Shown here piece after piece: positions 12,612 to 28,114 of a stretch of DNA of 64,000 nt. Source of the DNA: Octopus vulgaris (taxonomy: Eukaryota); NCBI GenBank assembly GCA_951406725.2, contig OX597817.1, positions 36,022,001 through 36,086,000 of the forward strand. The letters run 5' to 3'. The position numbers and the translations under genes are program-made. Within the stretch, counting starts at the first letter, position 1. Each line of letters begins with the position of its first letter. Below the pieces are notes generated by a model. That model ran no database searches and was not told the origin of the DNA. It saw only the letters and a program-made list of their open reading frames with translations.

Positions 12612-15599
12612 CTACAGAAAAAGAGTTGGAAAATTAACTAGAATGCAAAAAAAAAAAAAAAACTGTAATTTATTGCCATTGGCATGTAAAAAGCACCCTT
12701 CAAATGTGGGGCTTTATTGAGGCGATGGTAAGTGGCTGAGATCTTTGGTAATATGTCGTACTTGAGAAGACATGTCAAACCAAGTGAAAGCATAGTTGTG
12801 GCCAATGCTGGTGTCACATAACTGGCACCCATGCCAGTGGCACCCATGCCAGTGGCACATAAAAAGGTATCTATTACACTCTTGGAGTGGTTGGCATTAG
12901 GAAGGGCATCTAGCTGTAGAAATTATGCCAAATAAGACTGGAACTTGGTGCAGCTCTCCAGCCTACCGGTTCCAGTCGATCCATCCAACCTATGACAGCA
13001 TGGACAGTAGACGCTAAATGATGAGGATGATGATGATGTTCCATGCTTTAAGCATCACAGACAACAATTATTACAAGAAAAGATTTTTAAAAAAATGGAA
13101 ACTTTACACCCACCCAACTTCTTTAGTAATTTTTCAGTGTTCATTTTCTTTTGATATTTCTGTTCAGATTTATGTTTTAAACATCTGACTTCACGATTTT
13201 TCAAAATTATACTGAACTTTAAAATGTACTTCTTAAAAAGATAAAAGAAAGTTAAAACTGATGACCTTTATGAAAGGTGAATGGGTTGTAGGTGACTAAA
13301 TAATATCCTCTCTTCCTCCCATTTTTTTTTTTCAGAATTATTATTTACTATGTTTAAACATACACACCAGATAATTACTAGATAATTTAAGACTCTATTG
13401 TATAGGAACGCCTATATATAATACCACACACACACACACACACAAATATATACATGTATACACAAGGCTTTGTTCAGCCTGATGCTATAGTAGAAGGCAT
13501 TAGCCCAAGGTGCCACGCAGTGGGACTGAACCCAGAACCATGTGGTTGGGATACAAGCTTTTTACCACACAGTCACGCCTGCGGCTAAACATTGCGCGCG
13601 CGTACATGTCACCACTTAAATGTTTTACGTGATATTTGCATGGGGTTATACGTGTTATGATGATTTTGTTTTATAAAACAAGACGTAATGTGTCGTTGAG
13701 GTACCCATGCCTTCACAATGTTATTAATGAGAATACAAAACGAAGCAATGCCAACCGAATCGAAAACTCGAGTTCGTTGTAAGCCGACGGTTATATATTT
13801 GTAAGTATATTGCCCGAAGGATTGTAGGTAACTGTTACGATTTTGGGCTTTCTCGGGGTGTTAGCGATGTAATCAGAGTGAAATGGCTCGATTCTTGTAG
13901 GAAACATGCAGGAATTCTATGACAATTATACGTACTCCATCTAATACAATCATAATAATTTAAGAATTTTTTTTGTAGCGAATTATATAATAAATAAATA
14001 AACATAAATATACTTACTTCTGAAGCATATGACATACGTTAAAATTCAGTTCTTATTTACTATTCACTGATCGGTGTTGTCACATCTCCAGCTGATCACC
14101 AAGTAAACATTGCGCAATATTGGAAAGTATAACGTGTTTATATATACCACAACAACTTGTTTTTTTTATATTTGAATACTTAATTTATGCAAGAACGATG
14201 TGGTGAATAGTGCATATCGTATCCTCAGTAAATAATGTCTCGTTTGACATTTGATTCACAGCATTGCGATTTGGGGGTTTTGTTTTTGTTTTTAGAATGG
14301 AACCACAAGCAGAAGCAGAAGCGATTGATGCTACATAGCAGCCAGGGGAGGTAATTATTAGAAGGGAAACAACAACATTCTGAAGAACTGAAGAAATTTC
14401 TTTCTCTTAAAAAAGTCGGCGAGCTGTCAGAATCGTTTTGCACGCTGGAAAAATTCTTAATGACATTTCTTTCGGTTTTTCATTCTGAGTTCAAATTCCG
14501 GTGAAGTCATCTTTGCCTTTTATCCTTTCCGGGTCGATAAATTTAGTATCTGTTAAGAACTGGAGTTGATGTAATTAACTAGGCCCTCTCCCATCACGTC
14601 AAATTTCAGGCCTTATATTATACTGGAAAGAATTTTTCTCTTCTATATTAATAAAAACGAAATTCTGTCTGTCCATCTGGGACCCCTGTCTCTCAGTCGA
14701 CATTTGCTTTACATAGTCATGTTATACCTTTTTGGAATCAGGATGATCCCGGGACTGAAAATCTGCCCTTCATTTGGTTCTTGAACATCCAACATTAGGA
14801 TCTGATTTAAAAGCATTTGGGTTGCTATTTCTAGCAGATAAAGCGACCACGAGAGGTTTCAGAGCCATAGTGTTACTAAGGTAGGTGAACAAGAGTTACC
14901 TCCCTCAGCTTAATGTTTTACTATGGAATTAAGTGTTTTTTTAAAATTTTATCTTTTTCAATCATCAGACTGCGACCACGCTGGAGCACCGCCTTGAAAA
15001 ATTTTAATCGAACAAATTGACACCAGTTCTGTCTTTTTTATGCCTGGTACTTTTTTTATTGACCTCTTTTACCGAACTGTTAAGTTATGTGAACGTAAAC
15101 TCATCAACACCAGTTATCAAGCGGTGGTGGCGGACAAGCACAGACACAAAACCACAATATTTATATTATTGTTGGCATCCTTTTGTCTCGGGAGACAATG
15201 GAGTTGCGCATAAACTAACCCAGTCTGGTTTTTTACATTTCATGTCCTCTCCAGTTTTGCGCAGGCCTGGGCTAGATGAAAGAAAATCCTGGGTAGCCCA
15301 ATAGTCAGGATTCCTCTCTTGACATTGCTGATTTAGCCTAAAGGTGTGCAGAGCATTATGTTTGGCACCAGCTTGGTTGCAGGAGCTGTCGGAAGAGTGT
15401 CGGGTCAAACACTAAACCGCCTACGGGGCTCCACTACAGATTTCTTTGAAGGGTGTCTCCTTTTCGTAACCCTAGATAGGGGCCCATACCAGGTACTTCA
15501 GCCAGGAGTCATGTCAAGCAGGGTCGCCACTCCCTGAAGTAGTGAAGAAAATCGCTACCCACTACCTATGATTATATATATATATATATAATAATACTA

Positions 15600-16067
15600 A
15601 CTATTGAGTTTCTTAACTCTTTGGATCTTCCTGGAATGCCTTCTCACAAACTGACATTGAAAAAAGGAGTTCCAATCATGCTTTTGAAAAATCTGGATCC
15701 CACAAAGCTGTGCAATGGAACAAGACTGATTGTCAAGCAAATGCATCCACATCTTTGGGAAGCAACAATCCTCACTGGACAAAGAAAGGGAGAAAATGTG
15801 TTTATTTCAAGAATTCCCCTGATTCTAGCAGACATGCCCTTTGAATTCAAGACACTTCAATTTCCAGTAAGAGTTAGTTTTGCAATGTCAATTAACAAGA
15901 GTCAAAGACAATCACTCAAAATTGTTGAACTTCATTTCATGCAGCCATGCTTTTCCCATGGTCAGCTCTATGTTGGTTGTTCCAGATTTGGAAACGGCAA
16001 CAATCTCTTCATACTCATACCAAATGGTAAAACCAAGAATATTGTTTATCCTGCTGCTTTACAGTGA
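15600..16067 (+). mobile_element. Helitron PIF1-like helicase C-terminal fragment
   Basis: [64 protein letters not shown] Helitron-like 5' end TCTATATTAATAAAA lies at 14642. Confidence 0.88.
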
Positions 16068-16935
16068 TTTCCAGATGTCACACTGATACGAAATTCTCCA
16101 AATGTGATACTCTGTGATATAAATCTGAGATGCTAGGATACCAATAAATGCTTTATTATTACTTTCCTCTTTAGTATTGGGCTGTAGGTCCAATTATGTT
16201 TGGCACCAGCTGGAGCTAGCTTAAAAGTCTGCAGTGAATGTGGCTTTTAAGTTAGTTTAAAGTATAATAGAAACGGATAAATAAATGTTTATGGTATTTA
16301 ATAAGCTATGTTAGTGTATTTAGTTTAAATTACTACATCTTCAGCATTCTTAGATTATAATAATCCCTTCTAGTATAGGCACAAGACCTGAAATTTATCA
16401 ACTCCAGAACTCAACTGGTACTTATTGTAACGACCTGGAAAGGATGAAAGACAAAGTTGATCTCGGTGTGATTTGAACTCAGAATGTAAAGAGTTGGAAA
16501 AAATGCTGCTAAGCATTTTGTCCGACGCACTATCAGCTTACCGCCTTATTCTTAGACGATGATGATAACAACAGTTTCTGACTTAGATACAAGGCCAGTA
16601 ATTTTGAGAGGAAGGGTTTAGGTGATACCATTGACTTCAGTACTTGACAGGTTTTGGGGGATAGAACTCAGAATGTAAAAAACTGGAATGATTAGCAAAT
16701 TATTTCATCTGTCTTTTTTTTCTTTTTATGATTCTTTTGAGCTCCATTATTATTGGTACAGTCACAAAGACACAAATGTTTAGGAAGTTATACACACACA
16801 CATATTTATATATACATTATATACGATGGGCTTCTTTCAGTTTCCATCTGTAAAGTAGAAGACACTTGGTAAGGAAGCTACTTACCACACCGATACTCAT
16901 GCACCTGATACTTACCACACAGCCACTCCTGCGCC

Positions 16936-16963
16936 TATGTATGTATGTATGTATGTATGTATG

Positions 16964-16995
<32 letters not shown>

Positions 16996-17250
16996 TGTAT
17001 GTATGTATGTATATATGTATGTATGTATATGTATGTATGTATATATGTATGTATGTATTTATGTATGTGTGTGTGTGTGTATGTATGTATGTGTGTATGT
17101 ATGTACGTACGTATGTATGTGTGTGTGTGTGTATGTATGTATGCGTGTGTGTATGTATGTATGTATGTACGTACGTACATATGTATGTATGTATGTGTGT
17201 GTATGTATGTATGTATGTATGTATGTATGTGTGTATGTATGTATGTATGT
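16936..17250. repeat. (TATG)n microsatellite
   Basis: Direct reading. Confidence 0.95.
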
Positions 17251-19120
17251 AATACATACATACCTGTAATATAAAAATGTGATAAATATGACTTTTCTGT
17301 AATACACCAGCCAGAATTAAGCCTGCCATTATTCTCGAATCCTTAATGTTGAGTTTCCACAAATTTAGTATTCCTGTAGAAAAAATTTTCTTGTTCATCA
17401 CTAACTGTGGAAGGGTTTTCAGGAAAATAAAATAAATGTGTGAATACATAAAAAGTAATTTTAGAAGACATGTGGCTGCTCATATTTCTGAAAGTGTCAA
17501 TCAGTTTTAATTCCGTTTCAACAGGAAAGATAAAAAAGTAATTTTTAAGAAGTCAGCACACACCTATATGAATTCATATCAAATCTTTTAACTCATGTTC
17601 TATGAAATTTTCATCAAAAGTTTTATCTTTTAATATTCTTCTTATTTGAGGTTCTAAAAATTTTGGTATTTTTCACTTATGACCTTAACAAATATCTTCC
17701 TTTAGAAGGTGGTGAGCTGGCAGAAACAGCACGCCAAGCGAAATGCGTAGCCGTATTTCGTCTGCCGTTATGTTTTGAGTTCAAATTCTACCGAGGTCGA
17801 TTTTGCCTTTCATCCTTTCGGGGTCGATACATTAAGTACTAGTTATGCACTGGGGTCGATGTAATCGACTTAATCCGTTTGTTTGTCCTTGTTTGTCCCC
17901 TCTATGTTTAGCCCCTTGTGGGCAATAATGAAACAAAATATCTTCCTTTAGTGAAGGTTAGTGTAAAGAAGTAATAAAACTCCTGGAATTGATTGAGTAT
18001 TAATTCTTTCAGAAATTAATGATGACCATTCTTTTCTATTATAATCCTAAGATTTAAAGAGTTGCAGTTCTTAATGAGTTTTGCTTGCATGTTCATTAAC
18101 ATAGCAATTACTTTAAGATTTTCGTATACATTCCACTGGCGATTGCAGTATTAAATTGCACTGAAAAGGTTTCCATGTTAAAATTAGATTCTTTTAAGTG
18201 CACTGAATGATCGACGGGGATAGTTACATATTACCATTATGGAATAAGATATCTTTTAAACTTCAAAGCGATGAATCTATAAATGTTTTCCTTTTTCATA
18301 CAATACATTTAGATAAACTTGCAAGAAGTTCATTTACGTCATAGAAGAATCCATTTAGAAATGAACTGCTAAGTTGAAATTTCTTGATCTATAGTAACAT
18401 ACTGTTGTATTTTCTTCAAATAAGCGTGGGAAACCTTGACTGATTTCTTCTCATTCTAAATCTCGCAGATAGTCTCTTAAATTTTATCTAGTAAAAAGAA
18501 TTGGATCCATACTTTCTTTTGGTCTGTATTTGGAACCTGGGGTAAGTCCAGTTCTCCAAGTGAATTTAACTTCATCAATATCTAGTTCAACTTTAATAGA
18601 GTTGATCTCGGCTGAGGAGGGTTATCACTGACATTATTTAATCATGTGATACAGGTCTAGGCACAGAATCTAAGCTGATGTATATGATTTCAAACCTGTT
18701 TTTGTTTCAAACAAAAAATCATGAATTAAAAATATTAAAAAAGTAGCAGTTTATAGCATGATCCTTCTGCTCTTTATAAATCACAGGTTCTGGAAAAGGC
18801 ATTGAGGGCTTCTTACTCTTCAGCCTTTCACGCAAATCACTTGAATGCTCTGTACAAATTTGCTCATGGCTTGTGTTGTAAGTCAAAATATAATATATAT
18901 GGTATTTTAAGATTTGTTGTAAAAATACCCGTTGTGATAATCATGAAGCAACCACTAACACAGGAGGTAAAGTCCATGTCTGTTGAAAGTTAAGTTAGGA
19001 TGAGCTATTAAAAAAAATATTAGTAAAAAGAATAATAGACGAATAATCATTTTGAAATCATAAGGTATTGAAACTGCAGGATATAAAAGAAGTCACATCT
19101 AAAAAAAATATATGTTAGAG

Positions 19121-19321
19121 CAGTGCTTTTCAACCTTTTTGCTGGAGCGGAACCCCAAGGAAACATTCCACTGGCTCGCGGAACCCCTGTACAATAATTT
19201 AATAGTCTTATGCACACATATCTGCACAGGAGAATTAAAAATTACTGCCGATTTTAGCAGTTTTGTAACTTCTTGCGGAACCCCTGGACTGTACTGGTGG
19301 AACCCTGGTTGAAAACCACTG
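19121..19321. mobile_element. hAT-like MITE
   Basis: CAGTGCTTTTCAACC...GGTTGAAAACCACTG termini with GGAACCCC subterminal repeats; no TSD evident. Confidence 0.6.
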
Positions 19322-19325
19322 ACCT

Positions 19326-19450
19326 AATGCAACAATCAATGCTCAAGTCTACTGTCAGCAATTAGAGCGTTTGAACCAAGCTTTGAAGAAAAAATACCCG
19401 CTTTAGTGAATCAAAAAGGAGTGATGTTTCATCAGGACAATGCACAATCC
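19326..19450 (+). mobile_element. Mariner transposase fragment
   Basis: TINAQVYCQQLERL..VMFHQDNA (HDNA motif), one frameshift. Confidence 0.7.
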
Positions 19451-19573
19451 CAGTACCAGTTATGCACTGGGGTTGATGTAATCGACTTAATCCCTTGTTT
19501 GTCCCCTCTGTCTTTAACCCTTTGTGGGTAGTAAAGAAATATACACGTGTATATGTAGGCATGTATATTTGAG

Positions 19574-19703
19574 CACGCATGCGCATAAGGATTGTTTCCT
19601 TCCCCATTTCCGTTTTGAGACCATCTTATTATTTTCTTCCGAATTGTTTTCTTCGAACTGTTTCACAATCTTACGACAATGTCACATAAAACATCATTTC
19701 TGT
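19574..19703 (+). promoter_or_regulatory. Putative promoter and non-coding first exon of ZNF A
   Basis: NRF1-like CACGCATGCGCA at 19574, ETS-like TTTCCG, YY1-like CCATCTT, donor TCT|GTAAGTA at 19702. Candidate partner acceptor TTTCAG| at 23397. Confidence 0.45.
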
Positions 19704-19887
19704 AAGTATTAAAGCTCAAAAGCATTATATGTATTGATTTTGTATATTTTCGTTGATTCCACTAACTTTTAATGTTTTGATATTGCTTGTCGGACATCAA
19801 TATTGTTTCTATCTGCCACCACTTTGTCTAAAAATTAATGATTAAACAGATTTTTAGTCGTGTAGAAGCTGGATATTTTAAAATAAG

Positions 19888-20712
19888 GAATCTTTTCGGT
19901 TTGAACGGCAGTTTTTAAAATAATTTCCACGTGGCTGTGTGGTAAATAGCTTGCTAACCAACCACATGGTTCCGGGTTCAGTCCCACTGCGTGGCATCTT
20001 GGGCAAGTGTCTTCTGCTATAGCCCCGGGCTGACCAATGCCTTGTGAGTGGATTTGGTAGACGGAAACTGAAAGAAGCCTGTCGTATATATGTATATATA
20101 TGTATATGTATGTATGTGTATGTGTTTGTGTGTCTGTGTTTGTACCCCTAGCATTGCTTGACAACCGATGCTGGTGTGTTTACGTCCCCGTCACTTAGCG
20201 GTTCGGCAAAAGAGGCCGATAGAATAAGTACTGGGCCTACAAAGAATAAGTCCCGGGGTCGATTTGCTCGACTAAAGGCGGTGCTCCAGCATGGCCGCAA
20301 TCAAATGACTGAAACATGTAAAAGAGTAAAAGAGAGAGAGAGAGTAAGAGTAACTAAACACTTTTAAACTTCGTATACTGGTAGAATGTGTTTATAAAAC
20401 ATCTTTTTCTCTTGGCTTTATTGAGAAAATTCTATAGTTTGTAAGATATTTGTTGTTGTTTTTTCTTCTTCACTTTCTGCAATTTCAACCAATCAATGAC
20501 GTTTATTGAGGTGAAAACATTCTGTGCCGTATGAATATGTCCCTCGTTTAAGAAACACATTGGGTAAGAAAAAAAAGATACCCTTCTCCCCACCTCTAAC
20601 CCTAACCCTAAAACAGATTGAAATGCAATAGATCGATACTAGGGTCATAATTATGGGTGACAATTTCATATGACACTGCTAGAAAAAACTGCCGTTCAAA
20701 CCGAAAAGATCC
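19888..20712. mobile_element. MITE with ~29-bp TIRs and 8-bp TSD (Merlin-like), containing a SINE
   Basis: TIR G(G/A)ATCTTTTCGGTTTGAACGGCAGTTTTT; TSD AAAATAAG at 19880-19887 and 20713-20720. Confidence 0.82.
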
Positions 20713-20844
20713 AAAATAAGTCTTACAACAAATGCCTTTCAGATGGCTTGCATTACGAGTTTATCGGAATTTGATGTATGAAAAGAAAATAATAATTGTG
20801 GCGATAATTCACACATTTCATCAAAATGTATGAGGAAAATGTAT

Positions 20845-21250
20845 AGGCGCAGGAGTGGCTGTGTGGTAAGTAGCTTGCTAACCAACCACATGGTTCCTGG
20901 TTCAGTCCCACTGCGTGGCATCTTGGGCAAGTGTCTTCTGCTATAGCCCCGGGCCGACCAATGCCTTGTGAGTGGATTTGGTAGACGGAAACTGAAAGAA
21001 GCCTGTCGTATATATGTATATATATATATGTGTGTGTGTGTTTATCCCCCTAGCATTGTTTGACAACCGATGCTTGTGTGTTTATGTCCCCGTCACTTAG
21101 CGGTTTGGCAAAAGAGACCGAAAGAATAAGTACTGGACTTGCAAAGAATAAGTCCCGGGGTCGATTTGATCGACTAAAGGTGGTGCTCCAGCATGGCTGC
21201 AGTCAAATGACTGAAACAAGTAAAAGAGTAAAAGAGAGTAAAAGAGTAAA
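20845..21250 (+). mobile_element. SINE family A, full length
   Basis: Complete head, microsatellite and tail. Confidence 0.88.
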
Positions 21251-22956
21251 CAAAGTTGAAATTATTGAATTATTCGACTCTGCCCTGAAGTTTATTGTCA
21301 GTTTATTTTTTACATAAAATTCCTTCATAATCATAATCTGCTCCATCTGAAACAGATTTGTAGAAAATTTTATGAAAAAATATCAGGTTTTTTTAGACAG
21401 TTTTGAGGAAATTTCTCTCTACCCTTGCGGAAAAAATTTTCACAACAAATTCCGATTGAACTCTAAAGTTATAGAAAGACAGAGAAAAAAAACCCAATTC
21501 ATTGGGGCACACATCTGTAGTAATGCCCAGTTTTTGTATACATTTGCTGCTTTCTTCCAAGGAACCTAATGCTCTTAGCTTAGTTTTTCCTTGGGGCTGA
21601 CCAGATTGGAGCAATCTCGAGTATAACCAGCCAAAATTGCAAAGATAATCTGGAACTCATCTGAGGATAGAAAACTCCTAATGACCCATCCTGGTTTTCC
21701 TTGTATCATCTGTCTGGATGTTTTGTGTTCTTGTCCCATTTTTGTATTTTTTATATATAAAATATAGCGGCGTACATACACTTTGGTCTTATATATATAT
21801 GTGTGTGTGTGTGGGTAGGCAATGGGCTTCTTTCAGTTTCCATCTACCAAATCCACTCACAAGGCTTTGGTCGATCAAGGCTATAGTAGAAGGGTGCCAC
21901 ACAGTGGGACTGAACCCAGAACCATGTGGTTGGGAAGCAAGTTCATACCACACAACCACACCTGTGCCTACATGATGGTCTTTTAGTTTCCATCTACCAA
22001 ATCCACTCTCAAGGCTTTGGCTAGCTCAAGGCTACAGTAGAAGACACTTGCGCAAGGTGCTACACAGTGGGAGGCAAACTTCTTATCACACAGCCAGTCT
22101 GTGTATATACGATGGGCTTCAACACAGTTTCCAAATTCATGCACAAAGCATACATATGTATTCAGTGACATTTGTGTGTAAACACAGGATGATTTTGATT
22201 GTTAAATATTTATAATAAAGTAAATTTTCTTAAATTTTCTTTTCTCGATATTTGTACACATGCTGAACAGCTTAGTGCTTGTGAACTTTAGCTGCCCATA
22301 TTGTAGCTTTTTACTTTTGACTGCTCATTCTGGTTCACGTGATGGTCAGATCCATTTAGTTGTACTTGGACCGCTCACATCTTTAACATGATGGACTAGC
22401 CTAATATCTGTTCATCAGTTATAAAATGGGAAATTCTGGCTCATAAAGTCCCCAGCAGGGAGAGTTTTGCTATGAGTAACCTGGGACCTTAATGTGCAAA
22501 CAATTTTGATTTCAATTGGCAGAAGATGAAACAGACAAAGAGATGGACACACGGACATAACGCCCATTATAGTAAGATAGCAAATCTGTCCACCTACGAT
22601 GGGAAATAAAGGGATAATATCGCAAATCTAAACCCTCTAAATTCACGAACTATACAGGGGTGGGGAAATCCAGAGTTACTCCTCATCGCCGGAATTTTAA
22701 CAAAAAAGAATCAAAGGTGATTTATTAATACAAAACTCAATATCCACTAAATAATCATACTTTTTCACTTTTTTTACGCTAAAAACCTTCCCGATTTCCT
22801 CCTTTGTAATCCCCAAAAATATTGTGACCATTGGTCCAGCTGTTTGCCTGTGAAAAAGGAAGAGACAGACGTAATGCCCATTATAGTAAATTGGTGACAA
22901 TCACAACCATCATATCAAACATACACATATTCCTGCCACCATCATATTATGTATGT

Positions 22957-23001
<45 letters not shown>

Positions 23002-23237
23002 CACATAGCAGGCTTCTTCCAGTTTTTGTCTTCAAATCCATTCACAAGGCTTTGTCCGGCTCAGGGCTGTAGTGTAAGACAGTGCCACACAGTGGGATTG
23101 AACTGAAAACATCATAGTCAAGAAGCAGGCTTCTTTACCACATTGTTACACCTGTACTGTATGTATATATATAATAATAACAAAGGGTGAAATTGATTAA
23201 TTAAGAAGTAATCAGTTGCTAAACCCTAATTATAAAG

Positions 23238-23270
<33 letters not shown>

Positions 23271-23685
23271 GTACACATTTCTTCTCACCATTGTAATATA
23301 CACCATGGAAATAGAGAGAAACATTTCATTTGTTCAGGTAAATGTTTATTTCTATACCTTATCTCTATCTCATACTGTTGTTTCTCCTCTATTTCAGAAA
23401 AACAAATGTCATTGGCATCTAAGAATTGTATACTTCATCAATATTTATTCTTGTTCAAAGACTCAAAAGAAAATGTTATACCAAAGAGACATAATTTTCC
23501 CTCAACTCAGATTGATAGCAGCAATTGTCTTCTTGACTGTCTGGAATGTGTGCAAGACTATTTTGCCTCTGATTTAAACTTCAATGGATGTATAAAGGAG
23601 TTTGCAACCCACATCATATATTGACAAGGATCACAGTAGTACAAATATTTATTAGCAATAAAATATATAAAAGTGAAGAAGATAA

Positions 23686-24566
<881 letters not shown>

Positions 24567-24659
24567 TTGTATTAATGTGAAATTTCAAGTTGTCAGTGGT
24601 TGCTTCAATAAATGATGAATTTATCTTGTATTTTATTTAATATAACTTTATTACACTTT

Positions 24660-25074
24660 CTCTTTCTCTCTTTTCTCTTTTACTTGTTTCAGTCATTTGA
24701 CTGTGGCTATGCTGGAGCACTGCCTTTAGTCGAGCAAATCGACCCCGGGACTTATTCTTTGTAAGCCCAGTACTTATTCTATCGGTCTCTTTTGCCGAAC
24801 TGCTAAGTGACGGGGACGTAAACACACCAGCATCGGTTTTCAAGCAATGCTAGGGGGACAAACACAGACACACAAACACACACACATGCATATATATATA
24901 TACATATATACGACAGGCTTCTTTCAGTTTCCGTCTACCAAATCCACTCACAAGGCATTGGTCAACCCGAGGCTATAGCAGAAGACACTTGCCCAAGATG
25001 CCACACAATGGGACTGAACCCAGAACCATGTGGTTGGTTAGCAAGCTACTTACCACACAGCCACTCCTGTGCCT
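24660..25074 (-). mobile_element. SINE family A, full length, just 3' of ZNF A
   Basis: Complete copy with CTTTATT near both ends. Confidence 0.85.
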
Positions 25075-25899
25075 TTATTGTCAAATTCTTGTTACTACCC
25101 ACTTTCACTTACTATTTGTAGCTCATTTTCTTTTTTAGACAAGGCTATAAAAGCAAAGTGGTAGTCTTGATAAAACTAGAAAGCCGTAGGCAGCAGAAAG
25201 CTATGTTAGGTAACTAGAAAAGCAACTTAGGAATGAGGTGTATTTAGCAAGCTTAGAAGCAGAAAGGAAGAGGTTTGCCAGCGTCTTAGAGCATGTGGAA
25301 GAGTGACATGTACATGGGAGGAAGAGGGTCTTTCTATTATGAGCCTAACGTGGGGACCAGCTATCTCAATAGCAGTAATATAATAGATCGGTCAATTAAG
25401 GATATAAAGAGAAACATAGTCCTCATGCCTCAGGAATTACTGCTGGGATGTTTAAAAAAAGAGCTGGGGTAGGATATAGTCTAGTTACTCTTTACTCTTT
25501 TACTCTCTCTTTTACTTGTTTCAGTCATTTGACTGCGGCCATGCTGGAGCACTGCCTTTATTCGAACAACTCGACCCCGGAACTTATTCTTTGTAAGCCC
25601 AGTACTTATTCTATCAGTCTCTTTTGCCGAACCACTAAGTGACGGGGACGTAAACACACCAGCATCGGTTGTCAAACGATGTTGGGGGGACAAACACAAA
25701 CACACAAACATACACACACACAAACATACACACATATATATATGCATATATACGACAGGCTTCTTTCAGTTTCCGTCTACCAAATCCACTCTCAAGGCTT
25801 TGGTCGGCCCGAGGCTATAGTAGAAGACACTTGCCCATGTGGTTGGTAAACAAGCTACTTACCACACTGCCACCCCTGCACCTAGTTACTTTTATAAAA

Positions 25900-26895
25900 A
25901 ATTAGGTTATAGATGAAGATATTATCCATAATGACTTGTACAGCAGCATTATAGTTATTTGTTAGAAGGATAAAGGAGATGCCTTAGAAATACTTATGGA
26001 GGAATCAAGTTGCTGGATAAGTTAAGGTAAGTTATGGAGGGAGTTATAGCCCAGTTAATTAGAAATCACTTTTTTGATTTTTGTATCTGGGAAAAGTACT
26101 CTTGGTGCTATCTTAGTCAGACATCTGCAAGAGAATTAATTAGGTAAGAGTAAAGGATTGTACTTGGCTTTTGTTGACCTGGAGAAAACCTTTAAGAAAT
26201 TCTGTTGGTGTATCATCTGATGGTGTGTGAGGAAGCTTGAGGAAGAGAATTGGCTACTGAAAACTATACAGGCTATGTACAGGAGTGCTTTCAAGAGTTC
26301 GGGTTTCTGTTCTCAGTCCTCTCCTATTCACCAATGTCTCTCAGGCCATACAGAGGGTTTTGAAGGCCTTCTGCCCCTCGCATGACAGAATCTATTATAG
26401 AATTACAAAAGACTTTCCACATTTGGAAGCAAAAACTGGAATTAGGACCTTAAAGATAACTTAGCAATGACCTAGTTCTTGTAAGCAGAGAAGCAATTTT
26501 ACTCACTTTAAGTAAGTGGCTTGATATGTCAGAAAGTTATAGACAGGAATTGCATACAGTGTACTAGTCGACTTAATTAGCAGTGGAGGAGAAAGTTCTG
26601 AAAATATAGTTGCTAGAATAAAAATAGGATGGAGAAAGTTCAGAGAACTATTAACTAGGCTGGAACCAAATACATTTCTTTCTGAGTGAAAGGTAAATTG
26701 TGTTGCTTGAGCGTGAAAATCAGTCCTGCAAGGTAGTGACACATGGGCTCTGAATGCAGTGGACATGCAAATACTAGAGAGGAACGAAGCAAATAAGCTC
26801 TATTGGATGTACAGTGTTTGTGCTCATGTAAGACAAAGTTCTAATGTATTGAGACTGAAGTTAAGCATAAAAGGAATTAGATATAGTGTGCAAAA
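25900..26895 (+). mobile_element. Highly degenerate RTE LINE reverse-transcriptase remnant
   Basis: LYLAFVDLEK, ARIKIGWRKFRELL and GSDTWAL remnants with many stops. Confidence 0.65.
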
Positions 26896-28040
26896 AAGAA
26901 GGAAGGAAGGTAGGCAGCTAGGTAGGAAGGAAGGAAGGATGAATGGATGGATGGATGGATGGATGAAAGAATGGATGGGTGGATGGATGGATGAATGGAT
27001 GGATGAATGAATGAATTGATGGATGGATGGATGAGGGCAGTTCCATAAAGATGAGCCATACGCTGGATGGATTCGGATGAAACTTTCAAGGATGTTTGGC
27101 CTCGTGAATGGCACAAACTGATTAGAATTTGGGGTCGGGCACTATTTGTTAGCAAACAGTTGGTAGGTAGGTGGGTGGGTGGGTGGATGGATGGATGGAT
27201 GGATGTTCGTCCGTTCGTTCGTTCATAATAGTGAAACGCCGATAATTTCGATGATACATGTAAAGACATGTGTTATTGAAATTATCGGCAAAATTGAGGA
27301 AAACTTTTCTTGTCAAGGTATTTCAAAACCTGAAATCTTTCGACATGTCAGCTGTCGATAATCAAAATCGATTGTGTATCGATTCAGAACAATGAACATG
27401 TCCTCATTGCCTCATCCATGTTGATATATCTGAATGCTTTTATCTATAATATAACGACAGTTTTCTTTATATCGACATTCATTGTTAAACTATTATATCT
27501 CTACCCACAAATATCAGGACCACAACACCCCATCACCAACAACACATCAACAACAATACTAACATCGGAGCATTTTCAGTAATTACAAAGCCGTATTTTC
27601 TGTTTGTTTAATGAAGCGCATGTCTCTATTTAATGACTTTTCTGGCTTTTTCTTTCTTTCTTCTAAGCAATGAAAGAAAACGTATTGAAATGCTTTGTGT
27701 GTTTAAACTTCAGTGGTTATACGTAAAATAGTTTAATGCAAGTGGATGGTACAGACAGTAGTGTACAGTCTGCGTGTTTTGGTCATATGTGGACGCATTT
27801 AAGTCTGTAGGTAACACTGATTACAGAACTTAGGACTGGGAGCAGTACTGGCATTTATATTGAGTCCTGACATTTGTAGACCCTATTATGGGTAATAGGG
27901 GCAACTACTGACCGTAGAAGAGAGTAGGGACAGCAGAGAATATGAACAGTTCTGACATCAGCCCCTCATATAACCATCTAAAGTGAAAGGGTTACTCCCT
28001 ACCTCAGTGAAAGTAAGTATTTTTTTATCACAACCAATTT

Positions 28041-28114
<74 letters not shown>

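Noticed and set aside
15538-15566. GGTAGTG/CACTACT stem resembling HDV P1 on the minus strand
   Set aside because: Only 15 nt lie between the strands and no GG follows, too little for P2/P3/L3.
15621-16067. Host PIF1 helicase gene
   Set aside because: Only the C-terminus is present, with no exon structure, a mutated KSQG motif (KSQR) and Helitron-type wording.
17300-18750. Possible gene or LINE ORF in a repeat-poor stretch
   Set aside because: No ORF or recognisable motif could be supported; at best a very old LINE remnant.
20595-20612. Interstitial telomere (CTAACC repeats)
   Set aside because: Only two units, inside a MITE.
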